Shown here: positions 19,693 through 29,768 of the stretch, piece by piece
How positions within the stretch are numbered: the first letter of the stretch is position 1
Layout of the letters: every line of letters begins with the position of its first letter
Assembly (NCBI GenBank): GCA_964518475.1
Contig: CAZFGR010000006.1
Coordinates: 23,355 to 79,229, forward strand
DNA from: an uncultured Nitrososphaerota archaeon
GTDB lineage: Archaea > Asgardarchaeota > Njordarchaeia > Njordarchaeales > Njordarchaeaceae
Direction of reading: 5' to 3'
Length of the DNA: 55,875 nucleotides
Position numbers and translations under genes: made by a program
The notes under the pieces: generated by a model
What the model saw: the letters and a program-made list of their open reading frames with translations, nothing else
What the model was told of the DNA's origin: nothing
The model's database searches: none

Positions 19693-21140
19693 TCCCTCCT
19701 AAGCACCTTGATAACTTCGCCTCTCTCGTTCTTTATAACCACTTTTAACGGAATACCTCCTGGTAAGCTATGAGTAGAGCATGCTAAGCAGGGATCATAC
19801 GCTCTGAAAGCCATTTCAACCATGTTGAGAATCTCGTCACTTACTTTACCATTGGTAATTAAGTGCTGTGCCGCTTTTTTCACATCCATGTTTATCGCTG
19901 GATTATTCTGCGTCGTCGGAATTACAAGGTTAACGAGAGTAACTATGCCGTTTGAGTCTGTTTCATAATGATGGTACAAGATTCCGCGGGGAGCTTCAAC
20001 AACTCCAACTCCTTTCCCAGAGAACTCGCCTTCATAGTTTACTATATCATCACTTGTTATTGCGTCATCACTGGCGAGCTCAACTATTCTTTCACTGGCA
20101 TAGAGCATCTCTATGACTCTGGCCCAGTGATATGCCATTGTATAGTGAGCTGGTTTACCTAGGGTCTCGATGTATTTCTCATAAGCCTCTTGTGCTTTCT
20201 CTGTGGCAAAACCATCTGCCACATTTAGCCGTCCTAGAGGTCCGACTCTATATATTCCACTCTCGGGCCCATCAACGAATCCTTTCCACCCAATGTTTTT
20301 TAGGTATGGGAATTTTGTGTAGCTCCACGGCTCTACTCTCTCCCTTATATAATCGAGATACTCAATGGGTCTAAACTTAGCAACTTCTCTTCCCTTCTGA
20401 TCCACAACTCTGATGTCTCCATCATAGAAGTTAACCTTGTTGTTTCTATCTACGAGACCCATGTAGTAAGTTTCGAGGTAGTACATATCCTTTTGGATAA
20501 ATAGTTTCTCATAATTTTTCAGAATCAAAGACTCGAATTTCTCTATCCATTCTTCAAAGAACTTTACCAGTTCCTTTCCCATTTCTAAAATTTCCTTTCT
20601 TTCCTCTTCCGTAAGCCTTTTGCTTACGCCTCCAGGTAATCCACAGACGGGATGAATCGATTTTCCTCCAATAATTTCCTCAATCTTTACAATATATTTC
20701 CTATGTTTAACAATATTCTTAACCAACTCTGGGTTCTTCTTGAACATCCCGATTACATTTCTTTCGGACCTAGGAGCTCCTGGCGATAAGATAAAATCTG
20801 GTATTGCTAGTATGTAGAAGTGCACCGTGTGGCTATCAATTATATGTGCACAGTAAGCTAGCTCCCGAATTTTCTTAGCTGTTTCTGTAGGTTCTCTACC
20901 GAATATTTCATCCAAAGCTTTCGTTGACGCCATGTGATGAGCCCATGGACATACTCCACATATTCTTGTAACAATCCTAGGCATCTCCTCAACTGGTCTG
21001 CCAACACAGAATTTTTCAAACCCCTTGAACTCCACCACGTGAAAGAAAGCTTCCTTGACTTTTCCCTCATCATCCAAGATTATAGTAATTTCTCCTTCTC
21101 CCTCCAGTCTAGATATTGGAAGAATCTTTATCTCTCTCAA
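19689..21140 (-). CDS. mvhA: Group 3c [NiFe]-hydrogenase large subunit
   Basis: RLEG, RICGVC (L1) and YDPCLACSTH (L2) followed by a cleavable tail. Confidence 0.93.
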   Translation of the reverse strand: MREIKILPISRLEGEGEITIILDDEGKVKEAFFHVVEFKGFEKFCVGRPVEEMPRIVTRICGVCPWAHHMASTKALDEIFGREPTETAKKIRELAYCAHIIDSHTVHFYILAIPDFILSPGAPRSERNVIGMFKKNPELVKNIVKHRKYIVKIEEIIGGKSIHPVCGLPGGVSKRLTEEERKEILEMGKELVKFFEEWIEKFESLILKNYEKLFIQKDMYYLETYYMGLVDRNNKVNFYDGDIRVVDQKGREVAKFRPIEYLDYIRERVEPWSYTKFPYLKNIGWKGFVDGPESGIYRVGPLGRLNVADGFATEKAQEAYEKYIETLGKPAHYTMAYHWARVIEMLYASERIVELASDDAITSDDIVNYEGEFSGKGVGVVEAPRGILYHHYETDSNGIVTLVNLVIPTTQNNPAINMDVKKAAQHLITNGKVSDEILNMVEMAFRAYDPCLACSTHSLPGGIPLKVVIKNERGEVIKVLRRE

Positions 21141-22135
21141 CCCTCACCCTCCTCTCTTTGTGTCTTATCGATTATTCCTCTACCAAGAGTAAAGCGGTAA
21201 AAGTATCCTACTGGGTCTGGAATTTCCTGAACTCTCTTTACTAATTCTTCATCACTCAAGCTTCTCTCTCGATCCACCTCAATAAGAGACGCGAGAGAAG
21301 TGATGAATTTAGCGCCTGGGTCTTTCACAGCAGGCGCTGGCCCCATACATCCTCTGCATGGCATATTAGCTTTGATACAGGGCAGACCACATCCACTTCT
21401 AGTGACCGGACCTAGGCATATAATCCCTTGGGCCAGAAAACATTTCTCAGGATCAACAGGTCCTTCATGAATTCTCCTAAATCTCCGGATCACTATTTTA
21501 TCTGGCTTTTCTCGCGGGCATTCATCACAGATAGTCTTTATATCTGCTAAGACTACTCCTCTCTCTGGCACTAAGCCATTCTCTATGTAGTCTTTAATTA
21601 CTTCGACTAGTTTTTCAAGCACCTTGTCTCTCGGTGGACATCCAGGGGCATAAACGTCCACGCTTACTAATTTGTCTAGGGGCATATTCCAGTCGATTAG
21701 CTCTGGGATTTTGATAATTATGTTATCGATTTTCACAAGTTCTCCAGGGAATTTCTTTTGCTCATTCTCAGTACTCGGCGTTAACAAATATCCCATTTCT
21801 AACAATTCCTTACGGAAGAATAAGTTTCCAAGTGCATAGATTCCTCCAAAGCAAGCACATGCTCCATAGGCTACTAAGATCTTTGCTTTCTTTCTAGCCA
21901 TTTTGAGAAGTTCCTCATGTGCTTTTGTCCTAATAGATCCTTCGAAAATCACTATATCTATGTGCTCTATTTTTTCCAAATCCTCCATTTTCTGATCAAT
22001 AGCTGTTGGCCAATAAACTATATCAACAAGCTCGGAAAGTTCTAAGAGTTTCTCATGAAGATTAACTAATGAAACATCACAGCCTCCGCATCCAGCACCC
22101 GGGCATACAGCTATTTTTATCTTTTCTTCAGCCAA
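21137..22135 (-). CDS. mvhG: Group 3c hydrogenase small subunit
   Basis: CGGC, GACA, PGCPP and C-terminal C..C...C/C.GP...C...C...CRGC clusters. Confidence 0.92.
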   Translation of the reverse strand: MAEEKIKIAVCPGAGCGGCDVSLVNLHEKLLELSELVDIVYWPTAIDQKMEDLEKIEHIDIVIFEGSIRTKAHEELLKMARKKAKILVAYGACACFGGIYALGNLFFRKELLEMGYLLTPSTENEQKKFPGELVKIDNIIIKIPELIDWNMPLDKLVSVDVYAPGCPPRDKVLEKLVEVIKDYIENGLVPERGVVLADIKTICDECPREKPDKIVIRRFRRIHEGPVDPEKCFLAQGIICLGPVTRSGCGLPCIKANMPCRGCMGPAPAVKDPGAKFITSLASLIEVDRERSLSDEELVKRVQEIPDPVGYFYRFTLGRGIIDKTQREEGEG

Positions 22136-22141
22136 TCATTA

Positions 22142-22558
22142 TCACCTCAGTTTCAAAGGACCCATTCTCTTTATTTCTTCAACAAACTCCTTGACGACTT
22201 CTGCAAATTTTCTACCCTCGGTAGCTGATATCCATTCAATTCGGACTCTCTTAGGATTGATACCCAGCTGCTCCAACAGTTTCTTAAGTAAGGCAATTCT
22301 TTTCAAAGCCTTGAAGTTTCCAGAGAAATAGTGACAATCATTTGGAGTGTGACAGCCAGCAATGAGTACTCCATCAGCCCCTTTTCTAAAAGCCTCTAGG
22401 ACGAACTGGACATCTAATCTTCCCGTACAGGGAATCTGAATCGTTACTATATTTGGAGGATACTCCAATCTACTAACACCAGCTAGATCAGCACCAGCGT
22501 ATCCACACCATTTACAGAGAAAACCAATTATTTTAGGTTCAAAATCATCGTTTTCCAA
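22142..22558 (-). CDS. mvhD: Hydrogenase [2Fe-2S] subunit D
   Basis: C.WC.Y.GADLAG, PCTGR, GC...DCHY..GN and WISA.EG. Confidence 0.94.
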   Translation of the reverse strand: MENDDFEPKIIGFLCKWCGYAGADLAGVSRLEYPPNIVTIQIPCTGRLDVQFVLEAFRKGADGVLIAGCHTPNDCHYFSGNFKALKRIALLKKLLEQLGINPKRVRIEWISATEGRKFAEVVKEFVEEIKRMGPLKLR

Positions 22559-22564
22559 GAATCA

Positions 22565-24511
22565 TCACCTACTCAAAACGGCCTCTATCATCGATAAGAT
22601 CTGTTCATCAGTGGTATTTCTTAGAGTAATAGCTCCAGAGGGGCATGCGGAAACACATATACCGCATCCTTCACACACGACTTCATTCACATTAGCGACA
22701 CGATTTGTTACTGAGACGGCCCCGAACGGACAGAGAGATTGACAAATGCCACAACCACTACAAGCATCTTCATTTACCTGAGCAATCGTTGGTTCGTGGT
22801 ATAGCCTATCCCTTGATAAAAGTGCAATAGCTTTAGCCGCAGCAGCACTAGCTTGTGCCACAGATTCAGATATATCCTTGGGAGCTTGAGCGGCTCCACA
22901 TACAAAGATTCCACTAGAAGGGCTCTCAACTGGTCTTAGCTTAGGATGAACCTCTTGGAAGAATCCATACTTATCGGTTGGGATTTTTAGCAGGGCTGCT
23001 AATTTTTTACTATCTTTTGACGGTACAATACCCATTGCCAGTACAACCATATCAACTGGTAACTCTATCTTCTCATTCGTCAATGTGTCTACTGCTTGAA
23101 CAATTAGTTTACCATTCTCTGGATACACTTTCGCAACTTTTCCTCGAATATAAACGACTCCGTACTCTTCCTGAACTCTCTTAATGAATTCTTCATAACC
23201 TTTACCAGCAGCTCTTATGTCGATGTAGAAGACATAGGCTTTACCATCGGGAACCAAGTGTTTATACAGCATCGCATGCTTCGCTGTATACATGCAACAG
23301 ATCTTAGAGCAATACTCCAGATGCTGAGAATCCCTAGAACCCACGCACTGTATAAATGCTATTGATTTAGGCACTTTTCCATCACTCGGTCTTCTAATTT
23401 CACCACCCGTGGGACCACTAGCAGATAATAACCTCTCGAACTGAAGCGAATCTATAACGTCTTCATATTTTCCGTAACCATACTCTCCGATCTTCTCTTT
23501 TGGATATAATTCATATCCAGTCGCAACAATAATAGCACCAACTTCTTCAACAATGTACTCGTCACCCATGTTAGGGTTTATAGCTTCTTGATCACAAGCC
23601 TCTATACATGCTCCACATGTGATAGGATTAAGGCCTAGACAGTGCTCTGGATCGATCACATATGCCGCTGGCACTGCTTGAGGGAATGGGATATAAATAG
23701 CTTTTCTGAGGCTTAATCCTCTATTAAATTCATCAATCACAATAACTGGGCAAGCATCTGCGCAATCTCCACATATATTACATTTATCCTCGATCACGTA
23801 TCTAGGTCTTTTATGAATTCTTACACGGAAGTTTCCTACGAAACCGTCAACTTCGACAACTTCGGCATTAGTATAAAGTTTGATATTAGGGTGTCTCGAA
23901 ACAGCCACCATTTTTGGGGTGAGAATACATTGAGCGCAGTCCAGAGTAGGAAATGTTTCCGCTAGTTGAGCCATACGGCCCCCGATTGTAGGGGATTTTT
24001 CAACTAAGATGACCTCAAATCCAGCATCGGCTACGTCAAGAGCTGCTTGAATCCCTGCTATTCCTCCACCTATCACTAAGCACTTCTTTTTGATCCCTAC
24101 ACTAACGGGTTCTAGTGGTTCGTTTCGAAGAACCTTCTCTATTATTGAGTAAACAATTTTAATAGCTTTTTGAGTGGCTTTCTCTTTGTCCTTATGAACC
24201 CATGAGCATTGCTCTCTAATATTAGCGATCTCACACATGTAGGGATTTAATCCAGCTTCCTGGCAAACCTTTCTAAAAGTTTCTTCATGCATCGTAGGTG
24301 TACAAGCGGCTACAATAACTCTCGTTAACCTATGCTCTACTATAGCTTTTTTGATCAGATTCTGTCCTGGATCCGAGCACATATATGCATAATCTGTGGC
24401 ATAAACAACGCTGGGATGCTTGGAAGCTTCCTCAGCAACTTTTTTTACGTCTACGGTTTCAGCTATATTCCTACCACAATGGCAAACGAATACTCCGATT
24501 CTTTCAGCCAT
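22565..24511 (-). CDS. hdrA: Heterodisulfide reductase subunit A (canonical, electron-bifurcating type)
   Basis: CHCG.NI, GGGIAG, TFPTLDCAQC, inserted ferredoxin, QFER, CS.ICCMY..K and C-terminal ferredoxin. Confidence 0.95.
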   Translation of the reverse strand: MAERIGVFVCHCGRNIAETVDVKKVAEEASKHPSVVYATDYAYMCSDPGQNLIKKAIVEHRLTRVIVAACTPTMHEETFRKVCQEAGLNPYMCEIANIREQCSWVHKDKEKATQKAIKIVYSIIEKVLRNEPLEPVSVGIKKKCLVIGGGIAGIQAALDVADAGFEVILVEKSPTIGGRMAQLAETFPTLDCAQCILTPKMVAVSRHPNIKLYTNAEVVEVDGFVGNFRVRIHKRPRYVIEDKCNICGDCADACPVIVIDEFNRGLSLRKAIYIPFPQAVPAAYVIDPEHCLGLNPITCGACIEACDQEAINPNMGDEYIVEEVGAIIVATGYELYPKEKIGEYGYGKYEDVIDSLQFERLLSASGPTGGEIRRPSDGKVPKSIAFIQCVGSRDSQHLEYCSKICCMYTAKHAMLYKHLVPDGKAYVFYIDIRAAGKGYEEFIKRVQEEYGVVYIRGKVAKVYPENGKLIVQAVDTLTNEKIELPVDMVVLAMGIVPSKDSKKLAALLKIPTDKYGFFQEVHPKLRPVESPSSGIFVCGAAQAPKDISESVAQASAAAAKAIALLSRDRLYHEPTIAQVNEDACSGCGICQSLCPFGAVSVTNRVANVNEVVCEGCGICVSACPSGAITLRNTTDEQILSMIEAVLSR

Positions 24512-24717
24512 CCTCAGCTACACCTTTCCAGACCATAAAGAAAGTGAAGAATAACCCAGTTTCTCTTGAAAAAACACGATCTATGCTCATTAAGGATTAT
24601 TCATATATATAAGGATAAGTTCTTATCCATGAAAATATTAACACGATAGAAATTTATATATCAGAGAATGATGTATATTCAGTAAATGCATAGATGTATA
24701 TACATAAACATCGCTCT

Positions 24718-25113
24718 TTAGTCCCCATACTCACGGAAAAAGTGAGGGTTCCTCTCCAAAACCTCTACACCGATTCCCTCTTTAGAGAGAGTTTTTATTA
24801 GATCCGATAGTTGCTCCTCGCAATTCTTTAAAAAAGTACTATCCTTTCCAAGCATAATTCCGCCGAGTGCTATGAATTTTATGAGAGTTTTCTCACCCAT
24901 ATCTTCTAAGAGTAACAATGTTCCAATAAATTCCTTGGATCTTCTCAAAAAATCCTGCCCTACAACTATTCCTAAGAAAGATCCATCTCTTCTCTGATGT
25001 TCTTCTATATGGATGTTTCCAAAAGCAGTAGCTACTATGGTAAAAACCCTCTTAAAAGACGAATTTGCTCTTAGACAGGCGTAGTATGGCATCCAGAAAT
25101 CGCCCCTTTCCAT
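24718..25113 (-). CDS. Hypothetical protein
   Basis: 131-aa beta-rich ORF; no confidently recognised motif. Confidence 0.55.
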   Translation of the reverse strand: MERGDFWMPYYACLRANSSFKRVFTIVATAFGNIHIEEHQRRDGSFLGIVVGQDFLRRSKEFIGTLLLLEDMGEKTLIKFIALGGIMLGKDSTFLKNCEEQLSDLIKTLSKEGIGVEVLERNPHFFREYGD

Positions 25114-25200
25114 AGTTCATATCCTATTAATGAATTCTGCTTATAAATGATTAAATATTAGACTCACTATCCATCCTTTAATGATACTTTATAAATTCGG

Positions 25201-25614
25201 GTGATTCTTTTGGAGATCTGTGAAATCTGTAACGAGAGAAAAGCGGAAACTATCTGTATTCGTTGCAGACGACCTATCTGCAGTAGCTGTGAGTCGCCAC
25301 AAGCTATGCTTTGCAAAGAGTGTTATGAATTTAAACGAGCTTTAGAGGAGCAAAGGGAATTAATGGTTAATTATATTGAGAAGATGACCAAGTTATCGTC
25401 TCTTAAATTGAAGAATTCTGAGTGTCTCCAGTGTAATATATTGCGTGAATTTTTATTATCTCTTTACAAGATGCTCAAAGAGCTCATAGATGAAGCTAAT
25501 AGAGAACTTTTCAACGAGGTTTTAAACAGAGGTAGAGAGATTGAAAAAAGGCTTAAAAAACTGCTTCTAACTGTGTTGACGTTGCAGGGACTGTCTATTA
25601 GTGAGAGAGATTAG
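25201..25614 (+). CDS. B-box-like zinc-finger protein with helical C-terminus
   Basis: CEIC..CIRC.R.IC..C...LC..C, plus a further CxxC inside a coiled-coil-like region. Confidence 0.7.
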   Translation: MILLEICEICNERKAETICIRCRRPICSSCESPQAMLCKECYEFKRALEEQRELMVNYIEKMTKLSSLKLKNSECLQCNILREFLLSLYKMLKELIDEANRELFNEVLNRGREIEKRLKKLLLTVLTLQGLSISERD

Positions 25615-26744
25615 CCGAAAACTGCTTTCTCTTCAATAAGCTTTCCTAGCTTTATTCTCTCGAAACTCAATCTTTCTGCTTGTGGAATTGATGGTTTTCC
25701 ATCAATTATCCATTCCGCAAGCACCTTCCCGACGATTGGAGCCATCATAAACCCGTGTCCACTAAAACCTGTCGCCACGTATAGTCCAGTTATGTTTTCT
25801 AATGGACCTAGGATGGGATGTCTATCAGGGCTCATCACATAGTATCCAGTCCAGTATCTCAGAATATTCACATGCTTAAGCCATGGGAAGAGCTTTACCA
25901 TTATTCTTACCGCTCTTGGAATATAGTCTATCCTCTGAGTAGCGGGGGAATCTGGTTCTTCCTCTACATCGGCCCCTATCAAGAAAGTTCCAGCATGCGT
26001 TTGAACTATGTAGCTACTTGTTGTCCAGTCTATTACCAGGGGTTTAAAAACTTCCCGAAACTTCTCCGTCACTAATGCATGTCTCGGTACGTTTTTGAGG
26101 GGTAGATTAATACCTACTGTTCTAGCTAGTTCTCTTGAGCCATATCCAGCTGCTATAACCACGTTTGAAGATTCGATTTCACCAATCGATGTTTTGACCC
26201 CTTTTACTTTATTATTCTCTACAATTATTTTCTCAACCCTCGTCTGAGTACAGATTTTGGCTCCCATGCTCCTAATTGCTTTTGCAAGGGATAAGACGGC
26301 TTCAAAGGGATCAGCTTTACCAGCTAATGGGTCATGAAGACCTCCTATAATGCCATTAGTATTTATTGTTGGGACAAGCTCTTTTATCTCCTCTGGTTGT
26401 ACTATTCTTGTGGGAACACCGTACTTGTTATGGATTTTTGAATACTCTGTAAACGCTTTTAACTGCTCCTCTGTTCTTAGTAACCATACATAACCGCTAC
26501 GTGAATAGAAAAAGTTCAGTTTCTCTGATAATTCCTTCCAGAGGTTGATACTTTCCCTGAGGAGAACTATGTGCTCCTCTGTTGTGAATGATGCTCTTAT
26601 TCCCGTTGCACATCTGAAGGTTCCGCCGCTTCCAAGATAGTTCTGCTCTACGAGTACTAAATCTTTGTGACCCATGGTAGCCAGATAATAAGCTATGGAA
26701 AGACCTACTATTCCACCGCCTATGATTACAGTCTCACTCCTCAT
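25611..26744 (-). CDS. Dye-linked L-proline dehydrogenase/sarcosine oxidase beta-like FAD subunit
   Basis: IIGGGIVG, GGTFRCATGIR, W.G.Y.MSPD.HP and GFSGHGFMMAP. Confidence 0.9.
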   Translation of the reverse strand: MRSETVIIGGGIVGLSIAYYLATMGHKDLVLVEQNYLGSGGTFRCATGIRASFTTEEHIVLLRESINLWKELSEKLNFFYSRSGYVWLLRTEEQLKAFTEYSKIHNKYGVPTRIVQPEEIKELVPTINTNGIIGGLHDPLAGKADPFEAVLSLAKAIRSMGAKICTQTRVEKIIVENNKVKGVKTSIGEIESSNVVIAAGYGSRELARTVGINLPLKNVPRHALVTEKFREVFKPLVIDWTTSSYIVQTHAGTFLIGADVEEEPDSPATQRIDYIPRAVRIMVKLFPWLKHVNILRYWTGYYVMSPDRHPILGPLENITGLYVATGFSGHGFMMAPIVGKVLAEWIIDGKPSIPQAERLSFERIKLGKLIEEKAVFG

Positions 26745-27039
26745 CCTTTTCCCCTCCACCTAGGAATATTTTTGCAGGGATTGGTGATATCGGTGGTCGG
26801 GGCTTAGGGATTAGAAGCTCATCGGGTCTTTTCTTTAGCTTTCTCGCGAGCAGTCTTATCACAACTGGTAAGCATGTCCTCCCTTGACACGGACCCATTC
26901 CGATTCTCAATTTTCTTTTAAGCGTTTCTAAGTCAGTTATTCCTTCCTTGATGGCCTCCTCTATTTGCTCAAGCGTAACGTTTTCACACCTACATATTAT
27001 GACTGGGTGTTCCTTATTCTTTACTTCTTCCCTACCCAT
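26734..27039 (-). CDS. BFD-like [2Fe-2S] subunit of the proline dehydrogenase-like complex
   Basis: ICRCE...GMGPCQGRTC...RPP. Confidence 0.9.
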   Translation of the reverse strand: MGREEVKNKEHPVIICRCENVTLEQIEEAIKEGITDLETLKRKLRIGMGPCQGRTCLPVVIRLLARKLKKRPDELLIPKPRPPISPIPAKIFLGGGEKDEE

Positions 27040-27521
27040 ATCGCCCTCACCTCAAAAACTAATTCTTTGGGCACTTCTACGGTTACCACATAGGTCTTGT
27101 TACGCTCGAAAACTCGAACTACCTTTCCCGTACCTAAGGTTCTGCCATCTTTTCCCAACAGGGTGACTTCCTCGCCTTTCTTCGGTGCTGGTAAGAATTC
27201 GTGGGGCACTGTTACGTATCCCTTATCTTCCTGAGAGAGGTCAATGACAAAGATCGCTAATCCGGGACAAAGAGCTACACAAGTAGCGCATCCCACACAT
27301 TTATTCCAGTCCACTTTTGGTATGTCTGTTATAGAATTCATTGAAATAGCCCCGTAGGGACATGCGCTTACGCAAATATTACATGGTATTCTTTCGGGGC
27401 ACTCTATAAGCACTACTGGACCTTTTTTTAACCTTTCTTCTGGAGGCAATAGTCCGAGCTCTTTAATTACTTCAAGAGGAATTATACCATTTACTCTGTA
27501 GGGGGGAATTTCCTTATTCAT
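27021..27521 (-). CDS. 4Fe-4S ferredoxin subunit of the proline dehydrogenase-like complex
   Basis: ECP..IPCN.C...CP and CVGC..C...CPGLAIF; start placed at ATG 27521. Confidence 0.88.
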   Translation of the reverse strand: MNKEIPPYRVNGIIPLEVIKELGLLPPEERLKKGPVVLIECPERIPCNICVSACPYGAISMNSITDIPKVDWNKCVGCATCVALCPGLAIFVIDLSQEDKGYVTVPHEFLPAPKKGEEVTLLGKDGRTLGTGKVVRVFERNKTYVVTVEVPKELVFEVRAIWVGKK

Positions 27522-28974
27522 AACACTCACCCTCCGTAAGCAATACTTTCTTAATACCTTCTCTAACACGAGCTAAAAGAGGAGACTGACGATACTCATC
27601 AAGAATCTTAACGAGTTTCTCTCGCTCTTCCACAGCTTTGGGGATTTCTCCTTTCACTTTAATAACCGCTGATAATGCGGCTATTTGTCCCTCTAGCATA
27701 GCAACTGTTGCTTCTTCGATTCCCTTAACATCCCCAGCTATAAATACTCCAGGTACAGTGGTTTCCATATATTTGGTTCTGTACGCTACTAAACCACCCA
27801 GTTCTGATACCCAAGCCATCTTGGCGCCAGTCTGAGCTAGGAGACTAGCGTCTGGTGTGAGACCGACAGCGAGTAGGACTAAATCGCATTCAATATCTTT
27901 CTCTGTTCCAGGAATAGGCTGAAAGTTTTCATCTACTTGAACTATTGTTGCGCCCTCTACACGGTCTTTTCCCCAAACTCTCTTTATTGTATGTCTTGTG
28001 AAAATCGGTATCCCGTACCTCCTCACTTTTGCAGCATGAACTGCCCAACCTCCTATTTGGGGCATTATTTCAACGATTCCTTTTACGTTTACGCCAGCTT
28101 GGAGAAGCTGATAAGCTATTATTAACCCAACGTTCCCAGCACCTACAACGAGAGCATTATTCCCTGGTCTTACCCCGTATTCATTCATTAAGGTTTGTGC
28201 ACCACCAGCCCCCATCACTCCTGGCAAATCGTTTCCTGGGAATGCTAGGTAATTCTCGTGAGCACCAGTTGCGAAAATCATTGTTTTTGCTCTAACCCTA
28301 TAATGCTTGTTTTTCGATGCTAATCCTACCCATCCATCTCTGAATACTCCGTAAGCAATGGTCTCGGTAAGTACCTTAATATTCTCGTTATTCAATACCT
28401 TATCCGCTAACATCTCAGCAATCTGGAAACCTCTGAGACCACCAAAAAGCTCTTTTGATCCAAAAAATTTATGCGTTTGTTTAACTAGTTGACCTCCGAG
28501 TCTAAAATGATCTTCTACAAGAAGAACATTTAGGCCGTATTCTGCTGCTTTGAGAGCTGCAGAAAGACCAGCCGGTCCTCCCCCTATAATTAAGACATCC
28601 GTTTCTAACACTTCCTCCTCAGGAGACTCGCCTTCCTCTCGAACTTCTGGTATAGAGGGTAATCCTCTTTGACGAAATACTTGTAGCCCCTCTCTCACAG
28701 GTTCTCTGCACGTTCTTGTATTTGGAACCCCATTTACGACCATGAAACAACTACTGCACTTTCCTATCATACAAAAGGCTCCTCTAGGTCGTCCTTGTGG
28801 AGTCCAAGACAATATGTCTATTCCAGAAGCATAGAGAGCTATTGCTATCGACTCGTTCTCATAACCCTCTACTTCTTTTCCCTCGAAATAGAACTTGACT
28901 TTTTTACCGCGTTTAAATTCTAGAATTGGATGAGCCCATATTCTCCTATCAACTCCATTACTCGCACTTGGCAA
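27514..28974 (-). CDS. Proline dehydrogenase/sarcosine oxidase alpha-like subunit ([2Fe-2S] + FAD/NAD oxidoreductase)
   Basis: RPRG.FCMIGKCSSC...RTC, GGGPAG, GGQL.KQTHKFFG and GAGNVG. Confidence 0.9.
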   Translation of the reverse strand: MPSASNGVDRRIWAHPILEFKRGKKVKFYFEGKEVEGYENESIAIALYASGIDILSWTPQGRPRGAFCMIGKCSSCFMVVNGVPNTRTCREPVREGLQVFRQRGLPSIPEVREEGESPEEEVLETDVLIIGGGPAGLSAALKAAEYGLNVLLVEDHFRLGGQLVKQTHKFFGSKELFGGLRGFQIAEMLADKVLNNENIKVLTETIAYGVFRDGWVGLASKNKHYRVRAKTMIFATGAHENYLAFPGNDLPGVMGAGGAQTLMNEYGVRPGNNALVVGAGNVGLIIAYQLLQAGVNVKGIVEIMPQIGGWAVHAAKVRRYGIPIFTRHTIKRVWGKDRVEGATIVQVDENFQPIPGTEKDIECDLVLLAVGLTPDASLLAQTGAKMAWVSELGGLVAYRTKYMETTVPGVFIAGDVKGIEEATVAMLEGQIAALSAVIKVKGEIPKAVEEREKLVKILDEYRQSPLLARVREGIKKVLLTEGECYE

Positions 28975-29226
28975 TAAGGCATCACCATACTCTAATTAAT
29001 GACCCAACTAACAGAGAGTTCTCTAGAAAGATCCAATACCCAAGCTACGTTAATACATTTTTTAGTATTATGCTTATTTTCACAGGAGAGTTGAAAGGTA
29101 GTTGAATTCTTTAGAAGCTGAGGCTTAGCAACTTATTAACTAGAATACAGCACATGTTGTAACTGTAATTATTTAAATTCTTCAAAACACATATCTATTT
29201 TGCCACCACTGAAAGGAGGATAAAAT

Positions 29227-29466
29227 ATGCGTGCGTATGTTCTCGCTAAAATAGAGGCTGGTAAAGAAGATGAGGCCATAAATGCTCTACTTAAAATACC
29301 TGAGGTAAAAAGGTTAATGGAAGTTCTAGGGCCTTACGATTTAATTGCTGAGATAGAGATTAGGGACGAAGCTCATCTTAATGACGTAGTTATTAGAAAC
29401 ATCCGGGCCTTAGAATCCATCAGAGATACATTAACTCTAATAGTTGCTAGGGAACATGAATCATAG
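29227..29466 (+). CDS. Stand-alone Lrp/AsnC ligand-binding (RAM) domain protein
   Basis: AYVL...E.G, GPYDLIA and IR....I.DT.TLIV; strong GGAGG SD. Confidence 0.9.
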   Translation: MRAYVLAKIEAGKEDEAINALLKIPEVKRLMEVLGPYDLIAEIEIRDEAHLNDVVIRNIRALESIRDTLTLIVAREHES

Positions 29467-29768
29467 ACATAAGATTATTCCGAACCACCTCATCTTACAC
29501 CAATTCAAAGTCATCAAATTGATTTAACAAAAATCACGTACCAAACTTTACCTCCCAACCTTTATTTTTTCAAACTATCTAAAGCAGTATTTTTTCTCCT
29601 TAGATCTTTTTCGTTGCGTATTAACGATTTCCACGGTACTCTATTTTGGTAAATCGCATGATAAATTTCTAAGAAAGTGTTCTATTAGGCACAGCTTCTC
29701 ATAAAAAAGCTTAAATATTGTTTCTCTCTCGCTTTGTCTTAATCTTCGCTCTTAAAAGTTGATAAGGC

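Noticed and set aside
19689-24511. Selenocysteine recoding in HdrA/MvhD/MvhA (also checked in the HdrA-like genes at 35630-39326)
   Set aside because: The Sec-prone positions (FPTLDC, CKWC, DPCLAC) are ordinary Cys codons within uninterrupted ORFs; no in-frame TGA is needed.
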